Below are positions 39,185 through 48,577 of a DNA stretch of 56,862 bases, piece by piece (positions within the stretch are counted from its first letter, which is position 1; every line of letters begins with the position of its first letter). Under the pieces are notes generated by a model, which saw nothing but the letters and a program-made list of their open reading frames with translations, ran no database searches and had not been told where the DNA came from. Source of the DNA: Candidatus Woesearchaeota archaeon (GTDB taxonomy: Archaea > Nanobdellota > Nanobdellia > Woesearchaeales > DATGWN01); assembly GCA_047603125.1 (NCBI GenBank), contig JBLKOU010000003.1:1-56862 (forward strand), written 5' to 3'. The position numbers and the translations under genes are program-made.

Positions 39185-40155
39185 TTCACCTCAACCTCGT
39201 CTGTTCGAAGATACGGGTCAATAAATGCTTTTTCTACAGGAGTTTGATGACCTGCTTGATACATTAATAACCCCAAATGCGCAATCATTGCCGCATTATC
39301 TACATTGTATTGATTTTCCAGAGCAAATGATTTAGCACCTCGTGGTTCACACATTTGTTGCATCATCTCTTGTAAGCGTGTATTACAGGCAACACCACCA
39401 CCAAGCACAATTTCATTTTTTTGACAATGAGCAAGCGCCCGCTCACTTACTTCAGTTAGCATAGCAAAAATTGTTTCTTGTATAGAATAGCATAAATCTT
39501 CAAGAGGATACTTTCCCGAATCCCATTTTTGCTTGACATTTGTTAGCAACCCACCAAAACTCACATCCATTCCTTTCACTACATAGGGAAGTGCAATATA
39601 TGTTTTTGACTTTTGTGCTAATTGTGCAATTTTAGGACCGCCAGGAAATCCTAACCCAACGTGGCGAGCAAAACTATCAAGAAAATTTCCTATGCCAATG
39701 TCAAGCGTTTCTCCAAAAATACGATACCGGCCTTGTACGTACGCAATTATTTGTGTGTTTGCACCACTTGCATACACTAAAATTGGATCTTTGGCTTTTG
39801 TTAACAATCGACCTATTTCTAAGTGGGCAATGCAATGATTCACGCCGACTAATGGTTTATTGTGCAATAACGCCAATGATTTTGCAACACCTGCGCCAAC
39901 GCGAAGCATGTGACCAATGCCTGGCGATTGTGAGAAGGAAATAATATCAACTTGATCTATTGTCACATTTGCTTGTTTGAGCGCATCTTGTAAAATCGTA
40001 TCACAAATTTGCACATGGTGTTCTGCAACTTGCACAGGAATCATCCCGCCATCTTGTGTCACAAATGCTTTTTTACAATTACTTTTGATTTTCTTTCCGT
40101 CAATGACTGCTACACCAAAAGTATGTGCTGTTGACTCAATACCTAAACAAATCAT
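39175..40155 (-). CDS. kae1: KEOPS t6A tRNA threonylcarbamoyltransferase Kae1
   Basis: LGIESTAHT, VNHCIAHLE, SGANTQ, GETLDIGIGN, GGVACN and DNAAMIA motifs. Confidence 0.95.
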   Translation of the reverse strand: MICLGIESTAHTFGVAVIDGKKIKSNCKKAFVTQDGGMIPVQVAEHHVQICDTILQDALKQANVTIDQVDIISFSQSPGIGHMLRVGAGVAKSLALLHNKPLVGVNHCIAHLEIGRLLTKAKDPILVYASGANTQIIAYVQGRYRIFGETLDIGIGNFLDSFARHVGLGFPGGPKIAQLAQKSKTYIALPYVVKGMDVSFGGLLTNVKQKWDSGKYPLEDLCYSIQETIFAMLTEVSERALAHCQKNEIVLGGGVACNTRLQEMMQQMCEPRGAKSFALENQYNVDNAAMIAHLGLLMYQAGHQTPVEKAFIDPYLRTDEVEVNWR

Positions 40156-40207
40156 AGGCACAGTAAATCATAACCCATATAAAAAGATTCGCTAGAAATG
40201 TAAAACC

Positions 40208-40438
40208 CTACTTCTTCCTTCCGCGCGTCATTTCAACTCGGCAGATGTCTCCTTGTTTATCGATATAATACAAGAATCCTGACTCCTTTTTCAAACCAAC
40301 TTGTTTGACTTTTTGAGAACCTTTCACACGCGTTGCACCACGCGCCATACTCGAGCGAGAAATGTCTCCATCTTTGTCAATGAAGTAGAGAAAACCGGAC
40401 TCCCTGACAATGCCAGTCTGTTTGACTTTTTGAGACAT
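40208..40438 (-). CDS. Small basic protein made of two tandem repeats, putative nucleic-acid-binding (CC1-like?)
   Basis: SQKVKQxGxxxESGFLY(F/Y)IDKxGDIxRxxMxRG occurs twice. Confidence 0.7.
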   Translation of the reverse strand: MSQKVKQTGIVRESGFLYFIDKDGDISRSSMARGATRVKGSQKVKQVGLKKESGFLYYIDKQGDICRVEMTRGRKK

Positions 40439-40492
40439 GGTATATTTACAAATAAATGAGTTTAAATAGTTTTTGCTTTACTCGACGAGAAA

Positions 40493-41866
40493 TCACACAA
40501 ACAACCAAATCGGCAAAAAGACGGAACCGACGAGCAACATATATACAAACGCAATCAAAAAAGCGGGCAAAAATGGGATTCCTATTTTTACTTGCATTGT
40601 TGAAATTGATGTCTTTTTGAGTGTGTCAATTTGTTCTTGTGTAACCCCTAAATCCTTAGGTGAGCAAAGGCGTGTGTGCGTGAATGAGATTCCGTTTTCT
40701 TTGAGAATATGCGCCAGTTTTTCCTGTTCCATCGTTTTTGCATGTTCACTCCCCTTTTTTAGAATATCATAAGCTTGCGAGAGTGTTTTTGCTTGAAAAA
40801 AGCGTTTTCGTGCATCAGCATATTTTTCATTTTCTTGCCACATCTGCCAGCGTATTGAAATTTGTTTACTAATCGATTGATTGTGCAGGAGTATTTGCTG
40901 ATATATACGGTGCATTTCGTATTCGCATTGCTCTTGTGCTTTTTTGAGAAATGCCGCTTTTCGCTTCTTTTTTACTTTTGAAAACCACTTTGGAAAAAAC
41001 TGAGGTAAATCAAATGTTCTATACCACGAGAGCACACTATCGTAGATAAATTCTTGTAAAAACCATTGTTTTTGTAGTGCTAATACTCTTTGTTCGAGTG
41101 TTTTTGGTGCTTGTTGCTCTTGTTTGAGCCAGACATCTTTTTGAATCCACTCGCCCGGTGTGAGTTTATCAATTGTCCATGTTTGTATCATACAAGATGA
41201 TTCGACACTTTTTGCAAACAAGACGATAAAATATCCCACAAGTATACTGAGCGCAATGGAGATGAGCGCAATTGATGGTGCTACAAATAAATCAGAATTT
41301 GTGCCTTGCGCCCAAAAGACAAACACTGCACTGGCTAAAAAAAAACCATAGATGCCATATCGTATACGTGAATATGCTTTCCAATTTTTTGCAAAATCAG
41401 GGATGAACAGTCTATATTTTATTATGGCAAGAACAAAAGACCACAAAATTGCATATATCGCCCCGAACAAAAAGATGTTTAAGACAAACATCGGCATAAA
41501 TAAAATCCCTTGCTCAACAAGTGCCTGTGGCAAAAGTTGTTCTATGCCAAAAAACCACGATTGTAAAGAAAATAATTCATACGTTGGCAAAGCGCCACCA
41601 ATGGCGGCAAGCATTTTGACATCTCCTCCGCCCCATTGACCAGTCATGTACAACAAATAGCCAAAAAAATAGAATACGAGTGCACCCGCAACCCCTGCAA
41701 AAAAAATAAACCAATCTTGCATAAGGATGGCAAAAATGAGACGCACACCAATAACAGCGTAAAAAAGACCATACGTTATGTAATCTGCAACTTCGCGTTT
41801 TTGTAAGTCCGTAATACTCCCTATAAGAAGAGCAATAAAGCACAATGCAACAAGTATTTCAAACAT
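40493..41866 (-). CDS. Prepilin/preflagellin peptidase (A24, FlaK/PibD-like) with a large insertion
   Basis: GSITDLQKREV (Asp1), WGGGDVK (Asp2) and C-terminal GIPFLPAF. Confidence 0.88.
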   Translation of the reverse strand: MFEILVALCFIALLIGSITDLQKREVADYITYGLFYAVIGVRLIFAILMQDWFIFFAGVAGALVFYFFGYLLYMTGQWGGGDVKMLAAIGGALPTYELFSLQSWFFGIEQLLPQALVEQGILFMPMFVLNIFLFGAIYAILWSFVLAIIKYRLFIPDFAKNWKAYSRIRYGIYGFFLASAVFVFWAQGTNSDLFVAPSIALISIALSILVGYFIVLFAKSVESSCMIQTWTIDKLTPGEWIQKDVWLKQEQQAPKTLEQRVLALQKQWFLQEFIYDSVLSWYRTFDLPQFFPKWFSKVKKKRKAAFLKKAQEQCEYEMHRIYQQILLHNQSISKQISIRWQMWQENEKYADARKRFFQAKTLSQAYDILKKGSEHAKTMEQEKLAHILKENGISFTHTRLCSPKDLGVTQEQIDTLKKTSISTMQVKIGIPFLPAFLIAFVYMLLVGSVFLPIWLFV

Positions 41867-41898
41867 AAAAGAAAAAAGAGAAACTCGTATATAAAAAG

Positions 41899-42279
41899 TT
41901 ATTCAACGAGAACGCCATTGACTACGCCAAACTGACCCGGTCTTGATGTTATTTTTACAGTACCTGCAGACGTTTTTACAATAGTTCCTTTGTTTATAAT
42001 ATTTCGAACTTCATAGTTTTTGTTTGCTTGGTTTGTAATTACCGACTCGATTTGCGCTTTCACGACTGTTTTCTTTTTTGTATCAGTAACATAAATTGTT
42101 TTTGCACTTAAGAGTTTAAATTTCGTATTTCCACCAATAGTGCGAACAGAACGTTTTTTATCAACATCAACTTTTGGTAGCAGAGCATCATTTACTCTTG
42201 CATATTGACGTGCTTTTCTATACATTCGTTTGCGTCCACCGGATGCTTTTCTCAAACTCTGTGTTCGATCATTTGCCAT
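41899..42279 (-). CDS. rps8e: 30S ribosomal protein S8e
   Basis: RKASGG, VRTIGGN, RNIINKGTI and ITSRPGQFGVVNG motifs. Confidence 0.95.
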   Translation of the reverse strand: MANDRTQSLRKASGGRKRMYRKARQYARVNDALLPKVDVDKKRSVRTIGGNTKFKLLSAKTIYVTDTKKKTVVKAQIESVITNQANKNYEVRNIINKGTIVKTSAGTVKITSRPGQFGVVNGVLVE

Positions 42280-42401
42280 GGAAATCGAAAATCGCGACCC
42301 ATTTATAAAGATTACCATATTTGAATTTAACAGAAACATAACCTTTTTAAAGCACCCATGAATTCGTGATATATCGTTACGAGGTAACGGGGGATTTTAT
42401 C

Positions 42402-42626
42402 ATGGAAACGTCACGACCATTAGATGCTCTCAACGCAGCACGAAATAAGCGCGTAATTGTTGAGCTCAAAAACGGAAAACAACTAATTGGAACACTTAAA
42501 GCTTTTGATATTCATATCAATGTATCATTGGACGACGCTGAAGAAAGAGAAAACGGCGAAGTAAAACGAAAAATCGGATCCACATTCATTCGAGGCGATA
42601 CGATTATTTTAATAACGATAGCATAG
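42402..42626 (+). CDS. Sm-like (SmAP1/Lsm) protein
   Basis: RPLDAL, GTLKAFDIHIN and FIRGD motifs. Directly upstream of L37e, as is usual in archaea. Confidence 0.93.
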   Translation: METSRPLDALNAARNKRVIVELKNGKQLIGTLKAFDIHINVSLDDAEERENGEVKRKIGSTFIRGDTIILITIA

Positions 42627-42636
42627 GCACGAAACC

Positions 42637-42798
42637 ATGAGTAAAGGAACTGCATCACAGGGTAAGCACGGACGAAGCAAAAATCACATTATTTGTCGAC
42701 GTTGCGGTGCTCATGCAATGCATAAAACAACAGGTATTTGTGCATCATGTGGTTTTGGTCGCTCTGCAAAGATGCGATCATATGCCTGGCAAAAGTAA
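42637..42798 (+). CDS. rpl37e: 50S ribosomal protein L37e (missing from the ORF track)
   Basis: Read by hand: MSKGTASQGKHGRSKNHIICRRCGAHAMHKTTGICASCGFGRSAKMRSYAWQK. Confidence 0.95.
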   Translation: MSKGTASQGKHGRSKNHIICRRCGAHAMHKTTGICASCGFGRSAKMRSYAWQK

Positions 42799-42884
42799 AT
42801 ACTATCTGACAAGTCTTTTCACAACCGAAAATCTTTCAATTTTTTCTTCAATTATTTTTTAAAAAGACTCTCCATTCTAAACCT

Positions 42885-43145
42885 ATGGCATTATATGAGA
42901 TTCGAACACTCTATTCAGCAATAAAAACCTATACATTTGTTTTTGGCCTCGGGGTAGCATCAGGAATGTACTTAGGATACCAAGTATTTCACCCGAAAGA
43001 GTTTCGCCTTGAAACTCCACCTAAAAAAATCCAGAAATCAAATAAAGACCAAGTACTTTACTATTTGCATGAACGAGAAGCTGCTCGAACTTATCAAAGA
43101 AAAGAACCCATATGCAAATATCCCAAAGATACAAAAAGCATATGA
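42885..43145 (+). CDS. Small protein with an N-terminal TM helix
   Basis: FVFGLGVASGMYLGY. TATA-like box about 25 bp upstream. The 3' end overlaps the RSH start. Confidence 0.45.
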   Translation: MALYEIRTLYSAIKTYTFVFGLGVASGMYLGYQVFHPKEFRLETPPKKIQKSNKDQVLYYLHEREAARTYQRKEPICKYPKDTKSI

Positions 43146-44976
43146 GTTTGCAAAAAAGGCTCACGAGGGGCAAAAAAGAAAAACTGGAGAGGATTTTATT
43201 ACGCACCCCCTCGAAGTCGTGAGTGTTCTTGTCAAACATAATTATACAAATACAAGTACTATTTGTGCTGCACTTTTGCACGATACCATCGAGGACACGA
43301 CAAGCACAATTGAGCAAATCGAGCAAGAGTTTAGCTCTAAAGTCTCAAACATTGTCGACGGATTAACAAAAATTGATAAAACACAAATTAGCTTTGAAAA
43401 ATACAAGGCGGAGAATCTTCGAAAGATTATTCTTGCAAGTGCAAAGGATATTCGTGTCATCATAGTGAAATTTGCAGATAGAATTGCGAATTTACAAACA
43501 TTGAGTACCTTTCGCATTGAAAAACAAAAAAGAATTGCCCAAGACACACTTACTGTGTATTCACCAATTGCTGAGAAAATGGGTATGTATCATATGAAAG
43601 CAGAGTTAGAAGATGCTGCCTTTTTATATTTACACCCGAAATTTTACAATTATATTAAAGAAAACATTGTACACACACATGAACAGCGTGAGCTTAAAAC
43701 AAATGAACTTATCACAATTTTAAAAGAATTCTTACAAAAGAAAAATATACCCGCGCAAATTCAAGGAAGGGCAAAGCATTATTATTCAATTTATAAAAAA
43801 ATGATTGAGGAAAATAAACCATTTTCAGCAATTTATGATTTATACGGTATTCGTATCATTGTAGAGCACGAATCAGAATGCTATCAAGTTCATGAATGTC
43901 TTCTTGATCTTTGGACACCTGTTGAACATCGATTTAAAGATTATATTAAAAAACCAAAGCCTAATGGATATCAATCACTTCATGAAAATTTTCTTTTTGA
44001 AGATAGAATGATTGAAGTGCAAATTCGAACAAGGGAAATGGATTACCTTGCTGAAAATGGTCCTGCAACACATTGGAGATATAAAGGGATTAATAGAGAT
44101 AAACAATTTGAACGAAAACTCTCCTGGCTTCGACAAATTCTTGACTGGAAAAGACAAAATGCACCACTCAAGCCCGAACTACAAAATATTGATGTTGATA
44201 TTTTTAAAAATGAAGTAATCGTTATCACACCTAAAGGCGACCCGATTCTTCTTAAAGAAAAATCCACACCTATAGACTTTGCCTACGCTATACACTCTAA
44301 AATTGGAGACCATTTAAAATCAGCATATGTCAATGATTCTATTGTTTCACTTTCCCATGAGCTCAAAAGTGGCGACATTGTTCGGATTGAAACAACAAAT
44401 AAGGCAACGGTTAATTCGTCGTGGCTTTCCATAGTCAAAACCAATCAAGCCGTGTATAAGATACGAAGAGCACTCTCTATAGATGCAGATAAAACGAAGA
44501 AAAAGTCCGCACCCGATATATCCAATGTCTATAATACTTTGCAAACATTTCGAAAATTAATAAAATCTAAAAACATAAAACTCTCTAAATGCTGCAATCC
44601 AAAAGAGATGGATGCAATTGTTGCATTTTATACAAAAGATAAGAAGAGCATCACAGTCCACAAACTTAATTGCCCCCACCAATACTCGCTCAACCCAAAA
44701 AATAAAGTTATCTTGCAAAAAACAGTGCATAAAAAGAAAAGTCAGTATTATCTGGATATTCTTATTGAGGAACGACCCGGTCTGCTTGTCGATGTTTTAA
44801 AAAATGTCTTGGAACATAAAATTCACATACACTCCATTACATCAAAAGATGCAAATCAATCAATACTTGTGAGCTTAACAATTTCAAAAACATCAAAAGA
44901 ACTTATTGAAAGGGCAGCAAAAGAGCTTCGAAAAATGGAAGGTATCGCTGATATTAAAATAAGCGACAAAGAATGA
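43069..44976 (+). CDS. rel: Long RelA/SpoT homolog, (p)ppGpp synthetase/hydrolase
   Basis: HD (LLHDTIEDT), synthetase (GRAKHYYSIYKK, RFKDY, NGYQSLH, EVQIRT), TGS (FAYAIHSKIG), CC/ZFD (KCCNP...HKLNC) and ACT (RPGLL). Confidence 0.93.
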   Translation: MNEKLLELIKEKNPYANIPKIQKAYEFAKKAHEGQKRKTGEDFITHPLEVVSVLVKHNYTNTSTICAALLHDTIEDTTSTIEQIEQEFSSKVSNIVDGLTKIDKTQISFEKYKAENLRKIILASAKDIRVIIVKFADRIANLQTLSTFRIEKQKRIAQDTLTVYSPIAEKMGMYHMKAELEDAAFLYLHPKFYNYIKENIVHTHEQRELKTNELITILKEFLQKKNIPAQIQGRAKHYYSIYKKMIEENKPFSAIYDLYGIRIIVEHESECYQVHECLLDLWTPVEHRFKDYIKKPKPNGYQSLHENFLFEDRMIEVQIRTREMDYLAENGPATHWRYKGINRDKQFERKLSWLRQILDWKRQNAPLKPELQNIDVDIFKNEVIVITPKGDPILLKEKSTPIDFAYAIHSKIGDHLKSAYVNDSIVSLSHELKSGDIVRIETTNKATVNSSWLSIVKTNQAVYKIRRALSIDADKTKKKSAPDISNVYNTLQTFRKLIKSKNIKLSKCCNPKEMDAIVAFYTKDKKSITVHKLNCPHQYSLNPKNKVILQKTVHKKKSQYYLDILIEERPGLLVDVLKNVLEHKIHIHSITSKDANQSILVSLTISKTSKELIERAAKELRKMEGIADIKISDKE

Positions 44977-44980
44977 TATG

Positions 44981-45250
44981 TTACCTATCCTCATACACAC
45001 CAGAGCGCTTATTCGTATTAATAATATATTCAATTTGATGCCTCACATCTTTTGGAGGTGCATCAAGTATTGCCTCGACATTTTGACGAAGTGTCCCAAC
45101 AGTCGCATAATTTGGCGAATGATATGTTATCGGGAATGTTTGGCCAGTTGGCAATCGAACTACATCTTTTGGCTGTCCGTAGCGGCATCCCATTATAAAG
45201 CTTGTTGCAAGGCCAGTCGTTAGTAATCCTAATTTAATGATTGATTTCAT
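44981..45250 (-). CDS. Small protein with an N-terminal TM/signal helix
   Basis: LGLLTTGLATSFIMGCRYG. Confidence 0.55.
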   Translation of the reverse strand: MKSIIKLGLLTTGLATSFIMGCRYGQPKDVVRLPTGQTFPITYHSPNYATVGTLRQNVEAILDAPPKDVRHQIEYIINTNKRSGVYEDR

Positions 45251-45446
45251 GATATAACCTCATAATTTGATGCGCATTGTAGATATGCTGGCGTTCATAT
45301 TGAGTGGGCTCAGGTGGCTGATATTTATCATAGATTGCTCGCAGCATCGTCTGATCGGTTGTGCCAAAATAAAATCCCGATACAAATGATGTCGTAGCTG
45401 CTAAAGAGCGCGATAAAAACATTGAACGAACGGATTTTTTCATCAT
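45234..45446 (-). CDS. Small protein with an N-terminal TM/signal helix
   Basis: SLAATTSFVSGFYFG. Overlaps the next gene. Confidence 0.5.
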   Translation of the reverse strand: MMKKSVRSMFLSRSLAATTSFVSGFYFGTTDQTMLRAIYDKYQPPEPTQYERQHIYNAHQIMRLYHEINH

Positions 45447-45503
45447 ATCCGAGAATACTCATTCCATCCTTAAAAAATGTGGGTTAAGAAAATTGAAAAA
45501 TTT

Positions 45504-45788
45504 TCAATCTTTTTCAAAAGAAACATGTAACACTGGACCTTCTTGTGTTATTTCAATAGCTTTAAGATTTCGAAAAACAAGATCATTGCCTTCTAAATAG
45601 TATTGAACTACTGCCGAGTCAAATTCAACACGCTCAATATTTGGAAATTCAAGCTCTTTTGTTGGAAAATCTCCACCGCGAAGAGGATGTGTTCCATTAA
45701 AAAGCTTAAAAAAAGCAGTCTTAAAGTCGTGTTCTGGCTTTTGTCTTGGCTTTCTTCCAATCATAAGTGTTTTTGCTTCGTGTCGCAT
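45504..45788 (-). CDS. Hypothetical protein
   Basis: 94-aa ORF with a YYLEGNDL motif and an upstream TATA-like box. Confidence 0.65.
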   Translation of the reverse strand: MRHEAKTLMIGRKPRQKPEHDFKTAFFKLFNGTHPLRGGDFPTKELEFPNIERVEFDSAVVQYYLEGNDLVFRNLKAIEITQEGPVLHVSFEKD

Positions 45789-45895
45789 AAATGTAATAGT
45801 TGGAATCTAATTTAAAAAGGTATTCATTACACTGTGAGTTTCACACATAATATTTATAAATCAAGAACACATTGTCTAATTGTGATACATAACGC

Positions 45896-47164
45896 ATGAG
45901 TATAGAAATTATTCTCCTCATACTATTAGTGCTTCTTTCCGGTTTTTTTTCAGGAATTGAAGCCGCATTTTTCTCAGTTTCAAAATTAGATATAAAGAGA
46001 CTTGTACGAAAAAAAGTACGATATGCAAAGACACTACAAAAACTCAAAGAAGATACGCACCGTTTTATCATAACTGTTCTCATCGGAAATAATCTTGTCA
46101 ATATCGGGGCAACAGCACTTGCAACAAAAATTGCACTCGATATGTTCGGATCTCCAGGAATTGCAATTTCCACGGGTGTCATGACACTTGTCGTTTTGAT
46201 CGGGGGAGAAATTATCCCAAAATCGTTTTGCGCATATTACTCCAGACGTGTCGCTCTTTTTACGGCACCAATTATTGACACTCTTGCAAAAGTTCTTTTT
46301 CCAATCATTAGTTTTTTTGATTTTGTTACGCGAGGATTCTTATACCTTCTTGGTGTAAAAAAAACAACCAAGCAAACCATTACAGAAGAAGCAATAAAAG
46401 AACTTGCACAAATTAGCGTACAAGACGGCGGTATCAATAAAAATGAGCACGAACTCATCTCAAATGTCTTTGAATTTGATGAAACGATTATTCGTGAAAT
46501 TATGACTCCTAAAGAAACCAGCGAAATTGTTTCCATTAATACGCCACTTGAAAAAGTACTTGAGCTCATGAATAAAACAGGCTTTTCACGAATACCTGTT
46601 TATGAAAAAAATAGAGATACTATTGTGGGTGTAATTCATATAAAAGCAATTGTTGATTCCCTTGTAAATAAAAAGGAGGCAAACCTTCGAGGGCTGATGA
46701 GTGAACCATATTTTGTTCCAGACCAAAAAAAAATTAAAACCCTTCTTTCTAACTTTCGAAAAAGACAAACACATATGGCAATTGTCGTTAATGAATATGG
46801 TTCTTTTGTTGGTATTATTACCATTGAAGATGTTCTTGAAGAATTAGTCGGAGAAATTGATGATGAAACAGACAGAGACCAACACGAACCAATAGTACAA
46901 ATAAGTGAAGGCGTCTATAAGGTTCTTGGAGATTGTGAGATTGAACTTCTCAATGAACAATTACACACACGTCTGGAAAACGATATTACTTTTAATACTA
47001 TTAGTGGGCTCATACTCAATAAACTAGGCCGCATTCCAAAACCACAAGAAAAAATAGATATAAACTCTCTTCGTATCATTGTTACCAAAGCAACATCTTC
47101 ACAAATAATGGAATTGCGTGTGCATAAAAAGGGAATAAGAAAATCTAAGAATATAAGTCAATAA
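45896..47164 (+). CDS. Hemolysin/CNNM-CBS-CorC family protein
   Basis: SGFFSGIEAA, LIGNNLVN, GEIIPK, FSRIPV, VVNEYG and TIEDVLEELVGEI motifs. Confidence 0.93.
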   Translation: MSIEIILLILLVLLSGFFSGIEAAFFSVSKLDIKRLVRKKVRYAKTLQKLKEDTHRFIITVLIGNNLVNIGATALATKIALDMFGSPGIAISTGVMTLVVLIGGEIIPKSFCAYYSRRVALFTAPIIDTLAKVLFPIISFFDFVTRGFLYLLGVKKTTKQTITEEAIKELAQISVQDGGINKNEHELISNVFEFDETIIREIMTPKETSEIVSINTPLEKVLELMNKTGFSRIPVYEKNRDTIVGVIHIKAIVDSLVNKKEANLRGLMSEPYFVPDQKKIKTLLSNFRKRQTHMAIVVNEYGSFVGIITIEDVLEELVGEIDDETDRDQHEPIVQISEGVYKVLGDCEIELLNEQLHTRLENDITFNTISGLILNKLGRIPKPQEKIDINSLRIIVTKATSSQIMELRVHKKGIRKSKNISQ

Positions 47165-48200
47165 ATAAACTTGCCCAAAGCATTCCCTCATCACATTGAT
47201 ACAGTGTTCGTTTATAGGGGTTTTTTCCATCAAAAACTTCTAAAAATGTTTTATGTGTTGAAACTTGATCGGCAATGTTTTTCAAATATGTTTTTGCCAA
47301 TTTCGGATCATAGTCTTTTACAACTTGAATATAGCAGAGCCCTAAATGAATCCAATTTGTTGTTTGTTCATAATCGCTTGCTAAAAAAGAAAATATATTT
47401 TTCGAACCACCTTTTTCCCCCACATACTTTAAAGGAAGTGGATCATCTAATTTTCTTGCACGTATTTTTTTTTGTAGAGTCATCCACCGTGTTCTTTCTT
47501 GCACCATACCAACATAAAAAGGAAAAACCTGAGCATCTGAACAAAATTGTGTGCTTTTCGTTAAATCATTTCTATAATACGTGCCAGTCCAGAATTCTTT
47601 TTCAAAGGCTTCTTTTGAAATATATTTTGTTACTGTAAATTGCAATTTTCTCATATGCTCAATTGCAAAATAAGCCATCGCATTATCATAGCTTGCACTT
47701 TTTCTTTTATAGTGATCTCGCATACCTGAAAATGAACGTTTTTTTGTCACTAATCCATCTTCTATAAATGCCTCAAACACCCCTACTTGTTCTTGTAAAA
47801 AATCTCGATATGTTTCTACAAGTTGCTTATCGTCAAGAACAGACAAGCTGTAAAATAAAAACGCAAACGAATCTATAGCCGTAGTAAAATAATCAACGCA
47901 GCGTCCATCTTTTGTAATACTGGTTGTTATCTTTTTTTCTTTTTTGTAGGAACGTAAGGCAAAGTGCAATGTCTCTCTCACTTGTGAGCGATATCCTTGG
48001 TTTAGGAGTGCTTGAGCACAAATACCAAAATCTCGAATGTAAAACTCTTGAAAATGACCCAGTGATGTCTGAAAATAATGACCATTAAAACACTGCTCCA
48101 CAATCTGGCGACAAATCTGTATTGGATCCCCGCTAAATTGAGTGAAGGGTTTTTTTCTTCTCTTAAACATTCGCCATCCTGATTCGAGATACGGGTGCAT
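47145..48200 (-). CDS. Putative six-hairpin glycosidase-like protein
   Basis: GHFQEFYIRDFG N-terminal motif, WIHLG, FLEVFD and EGMLWA. The fold is inferred. Confidence 0.55.
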   Translation of the reverse strand: MHPYLESGWRMFKRRKKPFTQFSGDPIQICRQIVEQCFNGHYFQTSLGHFQEFYIRDFGICAQALLNQGYRSQVRETLHFALRSYKKEKKITTSITKDGRCVDYFTTAIDSFAFLFYSLSVLDDKQLVETYRDFLQEQVGVFEAFIEDGLVTKKRSFSGMRDHYKRKSASYDNAMAYFAIEHMRKLQFTVTKYISKEAFEKEFWTGTYYRNDLTKSTQFCSDAQVFPFYVGMVQERTRWMTLQKKIRARKLDDPLPLKYVGEKGGSKNIFSFLASDYEQTTNWIHLGLCYIQVVKDYDPKLAKTYLKNIADQVSTHKTFLEVFDGKNPYKRTLYQCDEGMLWASLFIDLYS

Positions 48201-48254
48201 ATAGACTCTTTTAGCAAAAATGTTTATAAAAGTAGTCGTTTTTTGAATCACTAA

Positions 48255-48347
48255 ACCCTTGTCGTATAGTCTGGATAGTACAAGGCCCTCCTATGGCATA
48301 CATTGCGAAGTAAGGCTTAGACCCGGGTTCGAATCCCGGCGAGGGTA
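48255..48347 (+). tRNA. tRNA-Arg(CCT) with a 19-nt intron at 37/38 (48294-48312)
   Basis: Acceptor ACCCTTG/CGAGGGT, anticodon stem AGGCC/GGCTT, CT-CCT-A-[TGGCATACATTGCGAAGTA]-A, T arm CCGGG-TTCGAAT-CCCGG. Confidence 0.9.
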
Positions 48348-48545
48348 TTTTACTAAGGGATTCGAACATCTGCGTAATCAAAGATTACTTGACTTTCTCG
48401 TTACACTCGAAAGAATCCCGGCGAGGGTATTTTACTAAGGGATTCGAACATCTGCGTAATCAAAGATTACTTGACTTTCTCGTTACACTCGAAAGAATCC
48501 CGGCGAGGGTATTTTACTAAGGGATTCGAACATCTGCGTAATCAA
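48331..48545 (+). repeat. 82-bp tandem repeat (2.6 copies) beginning with the tRNA 3' end
   Basis: Identical units start at 48331, 48413 and 48495 (GAATCCCGGCGAGGGTA...). Confidence 0.92.
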
Positions 48546-48577
48546 CATAGAGAATCTTAAAAAAATAAGAAAAAAAA

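Noticed and set aside
40680-41120. Intein in the prepilin peptidase
   Set aside because: No N-terminal Cys/Ser block, no His-Asn followed by C/S/T, and no LAGLIDADG motifs.
45841-47638. Antisense ORFs (e.g. 45841-46182, 46237-46569, 47171-47638) and similar short ORFs across the window
   Set aside because: They are shadows of well-supported genes on the opposite strand or in other frames, with no motifs of their own.
48331-48545. CRISPR array
   Set aside because: The units are fully identical with no unique spacers, they derive from a tRNA end, and no cas genes are present.
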